Both the position numbers and the translations under genes were made by a program. DNA of 64,000 nt. Origin: Antedon mediterranea. Lineage: Eukaryota; Animalia; Echinodermata. The notes under the pieces were generated by a model that saw only the letters and a program-made list of their open reading frames with translations, had not been told where the DNA came from and did not search any database. Positions within the stretch are counted from its first letter, which is position 1; every line of letters begins with the position of its first letter. Location of the stretch: contig NC_092672.1 of NCBI RefSeq assembly GCF_964355755.1, positions 9,920,001 through 9,984,000 on the forward strand, in the 5' to 3' direction. Positions 62,747 through 64,000 of the stretch are shown here, piece by piece.

Positions 62747-64000
62747 TGTGTTTCATAAGCAACAGGGAAGAGTGTTGTACTCTTCCATGATAGCACATAT
62801 TTTCATTTTATAAAAACAGCTATAAGGTTTATGGCAACTCAGACCTTATGTGACCTAGTTAATCTTGCTTGAAACAGAAACGCAGATTTACCATTTCACA
62901 AAATGTTGTATTTTACTTCGAATTTCGTCATTACGAATCTGTCATCGTAGTACAATATGAACAATCATCTCATTATGATTTTGTTTTCCTATCCAGTCAT
63001 GTGTTTCATAATCGGTACCGTACGATAAACAACAACACTATCAGAATGATAACTACATTCCCATCTGGTTGATGTATATTTACTTTGACTATGACTTCAA
63101 CAAAATCAAATAAATATGATTTCTTTCTTTATGTAATCTACTTTGTAACAGACGTCGTGTTTAACAAGTCTATATATAAAATTAAATATGATTAATAACG
63201 ATGAGATATGGACCCATAACCAAGATGTCTTAAACACCTAACACGGTTATGATAGTAGTATTTCAAAATAAATACAAAGTTTGTAACATCTTGTCTTGTA
63301 AATCAATAATCAATAAGTTGTCAATTAAATCGGTGATATCATACATGTAAAGTATTCCCTGTCAAAATGTAATCTTCCTGCTTTTGTGTTACCCATGCCT
63401 ATTATTTTCAATCAAACTGCAACTTTTCACTTTCTTATTTTAAGGTTACATTTCTAGAGTATTATGTATCATAATACATTAAGCACTGGCCTACTACTTT
63501 TATTAAGTATTGTAACTTTAATGTGAACATACAATGGGTTGTGAATACACTTAATTTTATGTAGGAAGGCGATGAATTATTCATTATTTACTCTTCCATT
63601 TTATAGCTTTATGAATATACATGTCGATCGTGTGACGTAATAATTAATCGAACTAGGCCTACACTCAACTAAAAAAAAAATGTTTTCCATAGACTGGCTC
63701 TTGGTTGCCGGGTATTTGCTATCTAAAAAGAAAAAACTCCAAGACCTTTTAAAAGAAGCACCACTTTATCACCTTTACCTAATTATACACTACAGCTTGA
63801 AGGGGTTGTTAAATTGAAACTGACATTTTGCATATGTAGCTGGAAAGGCTACATCAACGCCAGAATACGTAGTTTAAATTCAGTCAATGTACGTGCTGCA
63901 ACGTACTTTAACATATCTGCATTGGTTTGATATCATAGTTTAACTTTAATTTAGTTTAAGATAATTTTTTAATAGAACAATACTATGTTTAACTTTTTAT

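Noticed and set aside
63693-63817. Candidate phase-1 exon (DWLLVAGYLLSKKKKLQDLLKEAP...*) after TTTTCCATAG
   Set aside because: It has only ~9 hydrophobic residues before the basic run, a weak polypyrimidine tract (an A-run upstream) and no recognisable TRAF motif.

Overview
AT-rich (roughly one-third GC by eye), gene-poor eukaryotic DNA, not a prokaryotic locus. It is probably from a marine invertebrate; the abundant TAGGCCTA motif and the repeat types suggest an echinoderm, but that is inference. Only one protein-coding exon is well supported: 4358-4562 (+), ending at a G|GTAAGT donor. It encodes a signal peptide and a single six-cysteine TNF-receptor-type domain whose Cys spacing matches Fn14/TNFRSF12A exactly and whose first hairpin resembles BCMA. 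No convincing next exon was found, so the remaining ~59 kb may be one large first intron or intron plus intergenic DNA. It is filled with non-autonomous transposons: TWA-flanked PIF/Harbinger-type MITEs that are often nested in relatives, TA-flanked MITEs, Helentron-associated (DINE-1-like) elements, decayed LINE/SINE pieces and ~20-30 bp P-element-like excision footprints. It also holds tandem repeats, including a 64-bp satellite that appears to derive from one arm of a transposon hairpin. The other ORFs in the track look spurious or repeat-derived. No rRNA, intact tRNA or CRISPR array was found.
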